64,000 nucleotides of DNA from Pecten maximus (GCF_902652985.1 NC_047023.1:24614001-24678000); one strand, 5' to 3'. Numbered from the stretch's first letter, positions 1-11,653 are shown. Translations and numbers: made by a program. The notes: generated from the sequence alone by a model not told the origin.

Positions 1-70
1 AATAACGTTCTCTTTCAATGATTACATCAACATATAGTTATCATAGATTGTTAAAAGCATGCTTCTTTAC

Positions 71-103
71 CTTTTCGCCTTTCTTGTGTTTCTTTGGGGG
101 CAT
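71..103 (-). CDS. First coding exon (MPPKKHKKGEK) of a minus-strand gene that continues off the left edge; product unknown
   Basis: ATG at 103 followed by 11 codons and an AAG|GTAAAG donor at 70-69; lies head-to-head with NR2C2AP ~345 bp away. Confidence 0.55.
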
Positions 104-448
104 ATTACATGTGTTCGTTGAGGACAGGTTTCTGAATATTGAAACACAGGCGGATCCGGATTCTGTCTTATTCCGATTTGGCACTCTCTTGCAAATATTC
201 TGAGCTAATCTGATGAGAAATAAATCGCTCATTTCATTGGTCACATTAAAAGCGCTTTTTTTTGTAAATAATTATTTAACTGACAAAAGCATGTGATCAC
301 AAACGTTCCCTAGAACAAGTTAAACGTGACATACTCTATCCGTTGTCTGATTCATATGTTAGTAAACATTAAGCTTTCCGGTAACGCCGACTTCTGTAAT
401 CTTTGCATTCAAGTGCTTGTAAGGCACGTACCGTGTTTTGTTGACAAT
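104..448. promoter_or_regulatory. Putative bidirectional promoter
   Basis: Short, relatively CpG-rich interval between two divergent ATGs (103 on minus, 449 on plus). Confidence 0.5.
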
Positions 449-483
449 ATGACAGCAGTTGTGGACGGGAACGCACGTGTACG
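449..483 (+). CDS. NR2C2AP: Nuclear receptor 2C2-associated protein (TRA16), exon 1
   Basis: ATG ACA GCA...GTA CG|GTAAGC; MTAVVDGNARV(R); the phase-2 donor joins exon 2 in frame. Confidence 0.85.
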
Positions 484-1012
484 GTAAGCTTATTTCCTGA
501 CATATAAACAGAATTTGCGTTATCTTTCCATGAAAGCGATATGAAAACTTAAATGTTTAACATGTGATGTACATCATAACATCCACTAACAATACCTTGA
601 AACCACAAGTTACATAGGCGAACACACGTTAACTGTCAGCCGACTGTTACATGATCTTGTCAGCTGTTATTGGATTACTTTTTATGCCTGATCATGTGAC
701 CTAATACTAAGGTTATTTGCACCAGACACCTGTTGTACATTTCAAGTAAAATGGTGTTACATTAATTAACTGCCACACATTTAGGTATATACAGCTACAG
801 TGTATATCAGCATTGTGCAACTATATGTAGTCCTACTGGGAATCTGTGACGTACATACATTGTATATACTAAATACATGACTCATACAAATAAAGAGGTA
901 AATAAATCCTCACCCCAAAGACTCACATCTCCTATGAGGTTAAGTGTAAAAGTAATGTAATAATTAACCGTACATTTAACAGCTTGTGACATTTTCAATT
1001 ATTGTGTTGCAG

Positions 1013-1103
1013 TGTGAGTTCTGTCCTTAATCGGGATACCAGGCAGTTTGGTAAGAAATATTTATTTGATGGAGAAGAAGACACCTGTTGGAATTCAGAC
1101 CAG
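1013..1103 (+). CDS. NR2C2AP: NR2C2AP exon 2
   Basis: TTGCAG acceptor; VSSVLNRDTRQFGKKYLFDGEEDTCWNSDQ matches the NR2C2AP N-terminal signature; CAG|GTAC donor. Confidence 0.95.
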
Positions 1104-1530
1104 GTACATGTATGCCCATCCATATGATATTTACAACATATATCATGTGACTTATATTGTTTCCTATACATTTATGTCATAAATACTTGAGCTAACAGGG
1201 TATTGTAAAATACACTATATGTACATACATGTACTCCAAAATCCTACCGTCAGTATAAGTATAATTTGATCATTTTAAGTTCTACTGATCATTTCAATTT
1301 CATATAATTCGATCACTTTAATTTCATATAATCTGATCTTATTAATTTAGTTTACACAATTGTGAGATTCTGATTTATCTTGATTTCCCAGAAACACTTC
1401 AACTTTACCTCGCTATCAAGAACATTAAATCAAACAGAAATCCTAACAGAAGTTCAACCAAGATTTATAATTACTTTGTGATATTCATGTTAAAATGTAT
1501 ATGTTCCATCACATTTTACAATTTTTGAAG

Positions 1531-1701
1531 GGTTTGCCACAATGGATTCATGTGAACTTAGATACAGGGTGCGATATAGCAGAGATCCAGATAAAATTCC
1601 AGGGAGGATTTGCTGGAAAAGACTGCTGTTTGGAGGCCCATACTGATGAAGAAATTAAAAAGATAATGGATTTCTACCCAGAGGATGTCAACTCATTACA
1701 A
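1531..1701 (+). CDS. NR2C2AP: NR2C2AP exon 3
   Basis: GLPQWIHV...IQIKFQGGFAGK...DFYPEDVNSLQ; followed by the U12 donor ATATCCTT. Confidence 0.95.
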
Positions 1702-2785
1702 ATATCCTTTCAGAGTTTACATCTTTAGAAATTCATAATGACTTTTTAATCATTACATAGTTCAAATTAAACACTTATTACTGGAATATATCAAAATGGT
1801 CACCTCAGCTGATTTTATTGAAATAGTTAGTCAGTCGTTAAAAAGACTTATACTCAATAGCCAAGAGACTCGGGTTCAGGACATTTGCATGAAGGTATGA
1901 AGAGCTAAAAAGCTTCATTAAAGCTTGTTTTCCTATCCTATTTATGGACAACATATTTTCTTAGTAAGAGTTGTCCTTCTTTCTATTGGTAAAAATGCCT
2001 GTACCAGGATGAGAACTCAAAACTTGCATCTATCTGGGCTAGACTGGCCACCAGACCCTAAGTTTTTTTTGTGAAGAATTGGCAAGCTAAATTCTAATAC
2101 TAGATAATTACCTGCTTCTAGTTTGAAACGCTAGACTCGGACATATCCTAGGGAAAATCATGCAGCTAAATTTTATTTATAATCTTAATATTCTAGAGAG
2201 AGGGGGCCTGTCTACAATCTGGGCCTGTCTGATTGGCAACTGGACAACTGAATTTTTTTTTCATACTGTAATGGTCTGAGGATAGTTCTGCAATGGCGAT
2301 GTTTTAAAGGAGCTGAAAAGAAGATATCTTCCTCGAGTCTCCCAAGCTTAAGGTTACAGTGATGCTTTCACAAGAAGTGCTAAGTATAATTCCCATGTCC
2401 CATGCGCATGATTAATTAAATTCAAACCGCTGCCTTCGCTAGGGATCAAACCTGGGACCTCTAGCTTACTAGTCTAACACTCAACTGATCGAGCTAAAGA
2501 GAAGATCTCTCAAGCCATGTGCCATATTGGGCCAGTATTTTAGCTGGGTTACATACACATACACAAGGTAACCCTAAAAACTCATCAAGTTTCTCAAGTT
2601 ACTCTGGTTTCAATCAACATTGTGATTGACCCTATTTGTACTTTCATCTGGGCCAACTAGAGGGATTAATTTGAGCTATACATTTGTTACTTTTTTCTTT
2701 TAAGAAAAATTCAATCTGGTTAAAGAGTTCCATGTGTTTAATAATCTTCATTCATCATTTGAAAAAGTTTCCTTGACAATATCAC
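1702..2785 (+). other. U12-type (minor spliceosome) AT-AC intron of NR2C2AP
   Basis: 5' ATATCCTTT, branch site TTCCTTGAC at 2769-2777, 3' end TCAC; this junction preserves the reading frame. Confidence 0.93.
2425..2510 (-). mobile_element. tRNA-derived SINE head (degenerate) inside the U12 intron
   Basis: Reverse complement TAGCTCGATCAGTTGAGTGTTAGACTAGTAAGCTAGAGGTCCCAGGTTTGATCCCT has A-box/B-box-like motifs but an imperfect cloverleaf. Confidence 0.6.
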
Positions 2786-2905
2786 AGTTTCAAACTTCCA
2801 GAGCCTCTGAAGATGTCCAGTTTCAGGATTGTGTTCAACAGTAGTACAGACTTTTTTGGACGGATTACTATATACCAGCTTTCAGTATTAGGATCGAAAA
2901 GTTGA
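2786..2905 (+). CDS. NR2C2AP: NR2C2AP exon 4 (last); whole protein 138 aa
   Basis: SFKLPEPLKMSSFRIVFNSSTDFFGRITIYQLSVLGSKS*; contains the conserved TDFFGR motif. Confidence 0.95.
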   Translation, partial: SFKLPEPLKMSSFRIVFNSSTDFFGRITIYQLSVLGSKS

Positions 2906-3047
2906 TAAGTTATGATCATAATTCAAATTGAATATACCATGAAATGAAACAGGCTTGATCTGAAGTCTTCTAACTACATGTACATCATACGAAAGCGAGT
3001 GAAGAACCAAGTCTTGCTGTGGTACTGGAGATGTTATCATTCACATT

Positions 3048-3443
3048 TAAGCATTGAACTGCTTTCAGTTGGAAGTTATGGGCTGATGAATGCCAACTGG
3101 ACAAAGGCAAATTTAATGAAGCGCGGTTGAATTTGCCTTTGTCCAGTTGGCATTCATCAGCCTATAACTTCCAACTAAAAGCAGTTCAATGCTTATATTT
3201 ACATTTGACAATAATTTTTAAAGACTATATCCAGGAATTTTGCTCTGACGATGAATAAACAAATTATTATCGTCGAAGACGGAACAGCCTTTTCAACAGC
3301 CATCTTTCGTTATCGCCGACGTGACAATTATGACGCCACTATATTAATGACGTCATTATAAACATTTGGAAGTTATGGACTCATAACTTCCAAGTGAGCT
3401 TGGTAAAGTTATATAGTGGGGCTGCAGTGTAAATGTAAATATA
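3048..3443. mobile_element. Non-autonomous palindromic/hairpin element just downstream of the NR2C2AP stop
   Basis: ~69-bp arm inverted repeat at 3048-3195, a second small palindrome GGAAGTTATG..CATAACTTCC (~3368-3391), and inverted TATATTTACATTT / AAATGTAAATATA motifs. Confidence 0.55.
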
Positions 3444-4284
3444 CAGTGGTGAAATAAGAGGAAGAAAAACTGTTTTTCTCAGCTCATCATTTCTACAAGT
3501 GTGAAAAATACAGTAGACTGGAATGATGATTTTTATCTGCCAACCTGATAATGAAGTTCATGCATATGATGGTCAAGTAAGCCAGTTGTACCTAAGATTA
3601 CATACATTACATACAAATTAAACTGAATGTGTTGTATTAATGGCCTGAATGGAAATTTTGACTGTTGACAGTATGTAGTGAAAAATGTTTAACATTTATA
3701 AGTCGTCCTGTTAATATTTTATTAAAAGTGAAAATATTGATTATTTGTCCAAAATCTGTTACATACAGTATGTTTCAGAAATTGTGATTAGGATTATATG
3801 ATTGTCAGTTCTATCAATTAATGTTGACAGGTTTTCGACTTCTGTGAGTTCTTGTTTGTAAATTTAGATATGAATATGTCGTAATTTCAGTATCCAGCAT
3901 TCATACTAGTTCCTTTTAAAAACATTCAACTTTCCTCACAAATTTAAATGTAATGTAAAAGAAGCATGCTTTATCTGTAGCTAGTCAAGAGAAATGTCTT
4001 TGTGCTCTGCTGTGGAGAGTAAATGTATACCAATACTTTACAGAATGCCTGTTGCATGTACATACATGTACATCTGTGTCTCATTGGATAAAGTAATAAG
4101 ATATGTGATGTAATGATTTCTTTCATTCTTCATTTAGTCAAAATTGATAAACATACTATTGTTTAGGAAATGGAAGCCATTTCTTTTGTTATCTGTAGTT
4201 GGATGCCTCTAAAAGCTACAGGTACACCTATATCTCATTTGTATAGAATAATAAAATATTTTAATGATTTTATTTATTCATATT

Positions 4285-5250
4285 GGAGTTTGGTAGCACT
4301 ATAAAACGCCTGTGAGTGGCTTTCCTGGCACTATAAAACAGACACCCTTGGGTAGTTTTGATGACAACATAAAACACCCGTAGGTGGCTTTGTTGGGACT
4401 ATCAAGGCCTTTATGTGGCTTTGTCGATGCAATAAAATGCCTTTTGGTGACTTGTCGTAGTTCAAAACACTTTTAGGTGGCTTTGGTTGCAATATCAAAC
4501 AGTTACATGACTTTGGTGGCGCTAGGTGCTATCAAGCACCTTTATGTGGCTTTGGTAGCGCTATAAAGCGCCTTTAAGTGACTTTTGTGGTACTATCAAG
4601 CACCATTATGTGGCCTTGGTAGCGCTTTAAATCGTAATTAGGTGACTTTGGTAGTGCAAAAAAGGCTTTTAAGTGATTTTGTGGCACTATCAATTGCCTT
4701 TATGTGGCTTTGGTGGCACTAACAAGCGCCTTAAGGTGACTTGTACTCCGGAACGCTTTTAGGTGGCTTTGGTGGCAATATTAAACAGTTACATGACATT
4801 GGTGGCGCTAGGCGCTACAAAAACGCATTAAACAGGCTTTGGTAGCGTTATAAAGCGTCTTTAAGTGACTTGGTGGTACTATCAAGCGCCTTTATGTGGC
4901 TTTGGTGACGCAATAAAACGCCTTTTGGTGACTTGTCGTAGTTCAAAATACTTTTAGGTGGCTTTGGTTAAGATATCAGACAGTTACATGACATTGGTGG
5001 CGCTAGGCGCTACAAAAACGTATTAAGATGCATGGCTTTGGTAGCGTTATAAAGCGCCTTTAAGTGACTTGGTGGTACTATCAAGCACCATTATGTGGCT
5101 TTGGTAGCGCTATAAAGCGCCTTTAAGTGACTTGTTGGTACTATCAAGCACAATTATGTGGCTTTGGTGACGCTATAAAAACGCATTTGGGTGACTTTGA
5201 TAGTGCTAAAAAAGGTTTTTAAGTGATTTGGCGACATTATAAAACATCCT
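4285..5250. repeat. Degenerate ~30-33 bp tandem repeat (GTGGCTTTGGTAGCGCTATAAAGCGCCTTTAA-like)
   Basis: About 30 diverged units, with recurring higher-order variants such as CAGTTACATGAC...GGCGCTAGG. Confidence 0.8.
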
Positions 5251-5767
5251 ATAGTGTAATAATTATCCTCGGTCAGCGCTTTATAAATATGTCTTTAGCA
5301 GTTGTGATGACGTCAAGCCCTATACAAATTAGTTTTATTTCGGTACATTCATGTCAGTAAAACGTTTGTTAGATTTTGATTTTAAACCTCCATCTTCCAT
5401 GTACATTATATGTAAATCATGCAATCATATACGTCTCAGATAATGAACAAAACACGAAAAACTTTAATATTTTATTATTGAAAATAAAAATCTTGAACAA
5501 TAATATTTTATTATTGAAAATAAAAATCGTGAACAATAACGATGGATATATTTACAACATTGCCGTACAATTCTGTCGATATATGTCTGATTGCCAATTT
5601 GTCTGAAGAAGTTACAGCGTATTTATAGTTCTTTACGAGACAATACCATATTACAACAGTCAATTGTGTCATGCTCAACTGATACATGATATTTCAAGAT
5701 AAAGTTTGATGAAATAGATAATAACGAGGGGAATATAATCCTGAACATGCACACTCGTGTCGACTCG

Positions 5768-6307
5768 TCACAGAATAGTGCAACAGCAGTCATCAGCGGC
5801 TTCCTGCCTTTGGTGACTTGCCACGATTTCTTCTGCTATCTGCATTTTCAGTTCGAGTCTACTCTTCAGTATCAGTATCGGTATGAAGTAATTCTCCACC
5901 ATCCACTCCATTTTGAAACACATGATTCGGTTGACGCGTGTTTGCGTTCCACCAATCATAATGTTGTTTGACACCAGCAGCTGTCGATTGACTGAAGATA
6001 TTTCGAAAAACTTGTTCCTGGAATCTCCACACATTTCCTCGTTGTGAAATATACACTTGTCCGTTAAAAGGCTGGGCGACAAAAGCAAGCACATAATGGT
6101 GAGTTGGTCTATTTCTGTCTCCGTTAGAAGATAATATCTCCGGTAGTCTGTCAGTCTGTTCATATCCTCATCTCGCTCCTCCAGATTGATGAGATCACAA
6201 ATACATTTTAGGTAGAACATCAGTTTTGCTTTGACGTCATCCGGCACGTGCACGGTAGATCCCACGTCACGAACGCCCACCTCGCGTCTTGTCATCACCG
6301 CAGCCAT
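5768..6307 (-). CDS. Uncharacterised 179-aa protein with C-terminal CCC-TIL (CaaX prenylation plus palmitoylation signal)
   Basis: Single ORF with coding-like, GC-elevated composition in AT-rich flanks; globular-looking sequence; Kozak-like AAGATGG start. Confidence 0.8.
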   Translation of the reverse strand: MAAVMTRREVGVRDVGSTVHVPDDVKAKLMFYLKCICDLINLEERDEDMNRLTDYRRYYLLTETEIDQLTIMCLLLSPSLLTDKCIFHNEEMCGDSRNKFFEISSVNRQLLVSNNIMIGGTQTRVNRIMCFKMEWMVENYFIPILILKSRLELKMQIAEEIVASHQRQEAADDCCCTIL

Positions 6308-8113
6308 CTTCGTGTCCTTCAGGTGTCAATTAAATTGATTGTATTGATTTTGTAATTCCAATGCCTTCTTTCCTCATTAAAAGACTACTCGGACGTATTC
6401 AATTGTCCACCAGAAATGTGTTGATTAGCACTGGCACAACTTTCCAATGACTTTAATATGTGGTGTCCATTCTATTGCAGGTACTTTTCACCAAAAAGTC
6501 AAATGGGTGGATTTATGTTTCTTCTCTCTGCTTATTTATAGTTTTATAATATCTATTTACTTCCTGCTATAGACAAATATGCGATAACAAGTTGATACAC
6601 ATGCACTCGCGCGGATCCTTTGTGCAAGGTTCTCCACGGTATAGACGCCATGGTGTAATTACCATATTAGACAAACCATTGGTTTACTTACTGCAGATAC
6701 ATGAACTATGTATAACATGAACTGCTATAACAATGAAGTCTCGAGCGCTCTGATTTTCTTTAATTCGAAAACAAATACAACAAATACAAACCACCTAATG
6801 TTTACATAATGCGTGTCTATAAAATGTTATCGTACACACATGTACGTTACAGGTGACAGGTGTAGGATATTTATATAGACTTGGCGGTGTTTAAACCAAC
6901 TGATAGGCTATCGATTATTGGTGACTGGTATATATATAGCCAACGGTCACATAGCACTACGTTTGTATTGTACCAGGGCAAGCTGTGGTGTGCCTATATT
7001 AATTCTTCCGAATTTGAAACTTTTTATGAAAAACTGATAAGAATGATATATACCCATGTATTTCATAAATACACAGTACCAGTTAGTTGGTTAGATGTGT
7101 ATAGAGTACTTACTGTCTTTAATATTGTTAACAAATCGCATAGAACCCTCAGCACTGTTCGTCTATTGACAGACATAACTCGGTTGTTTACATATTAATT
7201 TCGATGCAGTATATATTCAGCTTAAGCCTGATATAGGGGAGAGTAGCGAGACTATAAAAGTTTATTAAGTGTATGACATTTACTTACGTTCAGTATCATA
7301 GTGGTCAAATTGTTGAAATCTTTAATCGACTTCTATATGTACATGTAGCCGATATGAATGGGGTCGTGATATTATGAGCATGCTGTGATGAAGGACTACC
7401 GAATTTAGTCAAATGTAGCTATTTTCGAGGTCACAACAATCTAATGTTGAAATCTTTAACATCTTGTTCTCAATAACCTTCAGTTCTAGGGTCATGATAC
7501 TGGGATAACGGCATGTTGAAATGAATGACTGCAATATTTGTTCAAGTGAATGACCTTGACCTATTTCACATAGGTCAAAGAATTACTGGAGTCAATTGTG
7601 CTACAATGATCAAATATTTGTTTCGGCATAGAAAACTTCCAGGGTAATAATGATAGAAGGTAATGATTACTGATAAGAATGAGTGAGAATTTTAGTTCAA
7701 TATATATGCCAAAAACGAACTTTGAGAGCACATGAATTAAATCTTCCAAAAAAACTTTTCTGTACAATTCACAGAACAGGTGAGTGGTACAGACCTGTAG
7801 ACTTTATCCTACACATTTAAAATGAAATATTTATTTAAATATTGTTTTCGAAGTTTGACACTCACATTGCCAGATGTCTCCTAATCAATATTTTTTCCTT
7901 GATTGAAATTCATTGGCGAATATACTGGTACGGTCAGTTCTCGGCAATGAAAGGTGATGACACCCACCTGATCCACGATATTAAGTACTTCAATTCAGTG
8001 ACAATTATTGGCTAGTTACCTCAGCGTAGGATGATAGTATCAACTTAAGTGGCGAATTGAATGTATATGACTTATATCTCTTGGGTGGAGATTGTACGCA
8101 AGACACACCAGAT

Positions 8114-11100
8114 TTAAGCACATTTCAATACAGTTTCTGAGTTATAGTAGACATGGTGATACCGTAGTGACAGGTCAGAAAAATTATCAAATAATTTTAA
8201 TGCCGAATGTTTGTGAGCGATGTACGTCGCGAGGGCCCTACTTGAAACAAAGAGTTTGTGATAGGGATGGTTGTCATCCATCAATATACTGGGTTGGTTG
8301 ACACGTGGCGGACGATTAGATCCTCTGTCACTTGCAAATGAAGATATATCATCCCAATCGAATTCTTCCGAGCGTTTTTTTCGTCGTTTAGTTGGTAATT
8401 CTACAGAAAATATGTCATTATCGTTTTCAAAAAGTGTGTTCAAGCTCTTACTCTTACGCATTCGTGTATTTGGAGTAACTTCCTCTGTTTGGAGGTACTT
8501 CGGTTTTCCTTCCAACAGGTCCCAAGCAGGCTCGTTCTTGCGGGTCTCTCTTGTCTTGACGAAGTGTGCTTTCGCCATTGCGGCGGAAACGCTTGCTGCA
8601 AATTTAGATGTATGTTTATTGTTATCTTTTTCTTTGTTCGAGCTACCTCCCATTACGTCCCAATCTGTTTTCATGTTTGGAATTGTATGTTCCCTAGCTA
8701 CGGCCAGCGCAGCAGCTGCTTTCCAGTCTTTACGACCTCTCGGCTTAATGGCAATACCAAGGGGAGGTTTTCCATCGCTGTTTGTCGAAATTATGGGAGA
8801 CTTCGATCTAGGTTGGTTGATGTTTGCACCATCGTCATTGGTCACTCCTGATCTATTCTGGCCTATGTTCCCTGCCATGTTTTGATTCGCTACTGTTGCT
8901 GCAGACATAGTCGTAACTGTACTGACACTATCAGGTCTATAAGAGACATTTTGATCATTTCTGATCGTTGGATTATCGCCCTGTGGATTGTAGTTTGACT
9001 TTGAGATGTGTTCGGGGTTACTGTCGATAGGCCCCAGTTTCAAACCGTTTTCAGACCTACTTGATTGGTAGGTATTTGGTTGATTGTTAGCATTGTTATT
9101 TGAACTTTGCTGATTTACCGAACGGCCAGCATTATTTGAACTTAACTGGTTCACCGGCTGGCTAGCATTGTTATTTGAACTTTGCTGGTTCCCCGACTGG
9201 CCAGCATTGTTGATTGTCAGATCTGAACTCGAATTACCTTTCTTTGGGTAAATGTTTCCCGACAATAAAGCCATCACCGCTATATTCTTTTCGTTCTTTT
9301 TTGCCTTTCGTTCTGCTTTTCTTTCTTCTCTTGTTTTCTCCGGTGATGCAGGAGCATCGCTGATAGAGTCATTAGAAGGCGCATCATTTAAACTTAGGGC
9401 GCTTTGTTTTACGCTTTTATTCGATGATCCGTTGTTACTTGTTATTTTGTTTGTTTCTGCTGCGGTATTGTTAGATGAAAACAAGGCAGAAATAGCCGCG
9501 TTCCTTTTCTCCGCAGTCTTAACTGTCAAAAGAACAGGTTCTGGAGTTTTTGCCTTTTTGTTGGTGCTCGGACCATTGTTATCTTGATAGAAGTCGCTTT
9601 TGTCTGTTGAAGCCACATGTTCATTACTAGAGCTTTTGACATCTTCAGCAAAAACAACTTTGCGTGTAGATGAGCCGTATTTTGTTTCCATATACGACGC
9701 CACTGCTTCTTTTTTCGTCAATGGGTTTTTCTCTGTTTCATTACCTCGCGATGCTTGTTCTTTATTTTTTCCTGTTTGAGTGTTATCATTTCTTCTCTTC
9801 TCATCACTTATCCGATCATTGGTTGATTCAGGTACATTGTTCACCTGTCTATCAGTACGATCCTTGGATTGTTCTGGCGTTTCATTTAAAGCAGCTACAA
9901 CCAGTACCGGTGGCATTGTCGGTTTCTTTTCAGGCACTTTCGTGTTCACATTTGGTTTTGGCAGTGATTCGTTTTTCTGATGATTAGTAACTGTTTCTTT
10001 CATTTTGTTCTTTCTAGATTTTTTCGTCGATCTTTTGGTAGGTTGTTTACTTATTTTTTCTGTTCGTTTTATTACAAAGCAGCACACCTTTTTCTTCTTT
10101 ACCTTGTTTTTTGACTCCTTTGATTTTGCCTTGTTTTTCCTGCTTTTTGTTTTAGATTTGGATGTGTGTGCTCCTGTCGCTGATACAGTGGCTCCTCCTG
10201 CTGCTATAACGGTTATGTCATCTATGATAGTGGCATTGTCTTCTTCTTCGGCGTTATCGGTATAGTAATCGTCAGAATAATCAGAATCGTCATACTCGTC
10301 AGACCTGTTGCCACACACACAAGATATGGTGCTTGTTGATTTTTGTCTTGAGTCTCTTATTCTAGGTTCGTCTGGTTGATGACCATCACTGTCACTATCG
10401 TAGTAATCATCGTCGTCAGAATCGTCGCTATATTCTTCCTCCTCATGTGATTTCTTGTTGCAACAATTTGTACAACCAACACATTTAATCTTGCACAGAA
10501 AACAACCCCTGCACTTTTTGTTGCCTTTTGATTTCTTCGTTTTCTCCGATCGAGGACGCGATGACTTTGCAGATTTGGATTTCCTGCTCTGCTTCTTTCC
10601 TGCTTTATCTGTAGCATGCGCTCCTGACATTGGTAATGCTCCTTTATTATCTTGGGTTTGGAGCGAATCAGAGTCATAGCTTTCTTCTTCACTAAACTCG
10701 TCATCAGAATCGTCGTAATACTCATCATCACTTTCATAACCAAAACAGCAGCATACTGCCTTATTGTTACCAGTGTCATTTTCAATCGATTTCTTATCAG
10801 TTTGTTGCTGTTTGTCTTTGATCTTTTTGTTACTTGAAGGACGACCTAATGATGATTTTCCTCTCCTTTGTTTACTCGCAGTTGCTGCAACTACTCCGTT
10901 TGCATTGCCCGGGTTATTTAGAGATCTTCGAAGACCCTCCTCATCCTCATCGAATTCGCTCTCCTCGAAATCTGAATCTTCGTACTCTGAGCTATCCGAC
11001 GGAATGAAACAACCAACACAACACGAATGCCCGCCATTTGCCTTGTCCTCTTCTTTCTTTTTTGCCTTATCACCCGTCTTCTTTGAATTTTCTTCTTTCT

Positions 11101-11653
11101 TTTTTAGGTTTTCCTTTCCTTTTTGTTCTTTTATATTTTTTATACTTTGAACGCGTTGTTTCTGTTTGTCGTTGGATGTCTTGGATGTCTTGGATGTCGC
11201 CGTATTTTTGTCATTGGATGTATTTCCATCAGAACTAGACAAATTCTGGGTTGCAGCCGCCGCAACATGTATGCTTTTCGGTGAAGTACCTCTTTCGTTT
11301 GGATGATCATCGTACTCACTTTCCTCATCATCAGAGTCGTAGTAATAATCATCATCCAGTGAGTCACAACAACAGCAACAGTAGGTGCAACACAATGCAC
11401 ATCCTTTCTTTTCCTCATTTTCATCGTTGAAGTGTTTAGGGGTGTGGCGTCTGACACATGTAGACCTACCCGCAGCGTTCGTATCGCCAACAGCTTGTCG
11501 AGTTGTACTTCTGGTTGGTCCGCGCTCATCTTCAATGTGATATGTATCGTTGTTGCGTGAAGGGGAAACAACTACAGCGTCTGTAGGACTACTCTTTGGT
11601 ACACGATTTGCCATTGGCCTAGAATTCTGTTGTCGCGCGTAGCCACTGATATT
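8114..11653 (-). CDS. Exon 2 of a ~1260-aa signal-anchored, intrinsically disordered protein with repeated Cys-cluster/acidic/basic modules
   Basis: 3.5-kb open frame; CTTTCAG acceptor at 11655-11654 adds 13 in-frame codons (NISGYARQQNSRP) before the ORF-track Met. Confidence 0.85.
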   Translation of the reverse strand, partial: NISGYARQQNSRPMANRVPKSSPTDAVVVSPSRNNDTYHIEDERGPTRSTTRQAVGDTNAAGRSTCVRRHTPKHFNDENEEKKGCALCCTYCCCCCDSLDDDYYYDSDDEESEYDDHPNERGTSPKSIHVAAAATQNLSSSDGNTSNDKNTATSKTSKTSNDKQKQRVQSIKNIKEQKGKENLKKKEENSKKTGDKAKKKEEDKANGGHSCCVGCFIPSDSSEYEDSDFEESEFDEDEEGLRRSLNNPGNANGVVAATASKQRRGKSSLGRPSSNKKIKDKQQQTDKKSIENDTGNNKAVCCCFGYESDDEYYDDSDDEFSEEESYDSDSLQTQDNKGALPMSGAHATDKAGKKQSRKSKSAKSSRPRSEKTKKSKGNKKCRGCFLCKIKCVGCTNCCNKKSHEEEEYSDDSDDDDYYDSDSDGHQPDEPRIRDSRQKSTSTISCVCGNRSDEYDDSDYSDDYYTDNAEEEDNATIIDDITVIAAGGATVSATGAHTSKSKTKSRKNKAKSKESKNKVKKKKVCCFVIKRTEKISKQPTKRSTKKSRKNKMKETVTNHQKNESLPKPNVNTKVPEKKPTMPPVLVVAALNETPEQSKDRTDRQVNNVPESTNDRISDEKRRNDNTQTGKNKEQASRGNETEKNPLTKKEAVASYMETKYGSSTRKVVFAEDVKSSSNEHVASTDKSDFYQDNNGPSTNKKAKTPEPVLLTVKTAEKRNAAISALFSSNNTAAETNKITSNNGSSNKSVKQSALSLNDAPSNDSISDAPASPEKTREERKAERKAKKNEKNIAVMALLSGNIYPKKGNSSSDLTINNAGQSGNQQSSNNNASQPVNQLSSNNAGRSVNQQSSNNNANNQPNTYQSSRSENGLKLGPIDSNPEHISKSNYNPQGDNPTIRNDQNVSYRPDSVSTVTTMSAATVANQNMAGNIGQNRSGVTNDDGANINQPRSKSPIISTNSDGKPPLGIAIKPRGRKDWKAAAALAVAREHTIPNMKTDWDVMGGSSNKEKDNNKHTSKFAASVSAAMAKAHFVKTRETRKNEPAWDLLEGKPKYLQTEEVTPNTRMRKSKSLNTLFENDNDIFSVELPTKRRKKRSEEFDWDDISSFASDRGSNRPPRVNQPSILMDDNHPYHKLFVSSRALATYIAHKHSALKLFDNFSDLSLRYHHVYYNSETVLKCA

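Noticed and set aside
305-316. GTTCCCTAGAAC as an RFX X-box implying ciliary regulation
   Set aside because: Shorter than the consensus with an imperfect half-site; insufficient support
5376-5606. 76-aa ORF
   Set aside because: AT-rich sequence with a local ~36-bp duplication, lying in the probable 3' flank of the 179-aa gene
8271-11571. Many overlapping antisense and alternative-frame ORFs
   Set aside because: Shadows of the long low-complexity coding exon
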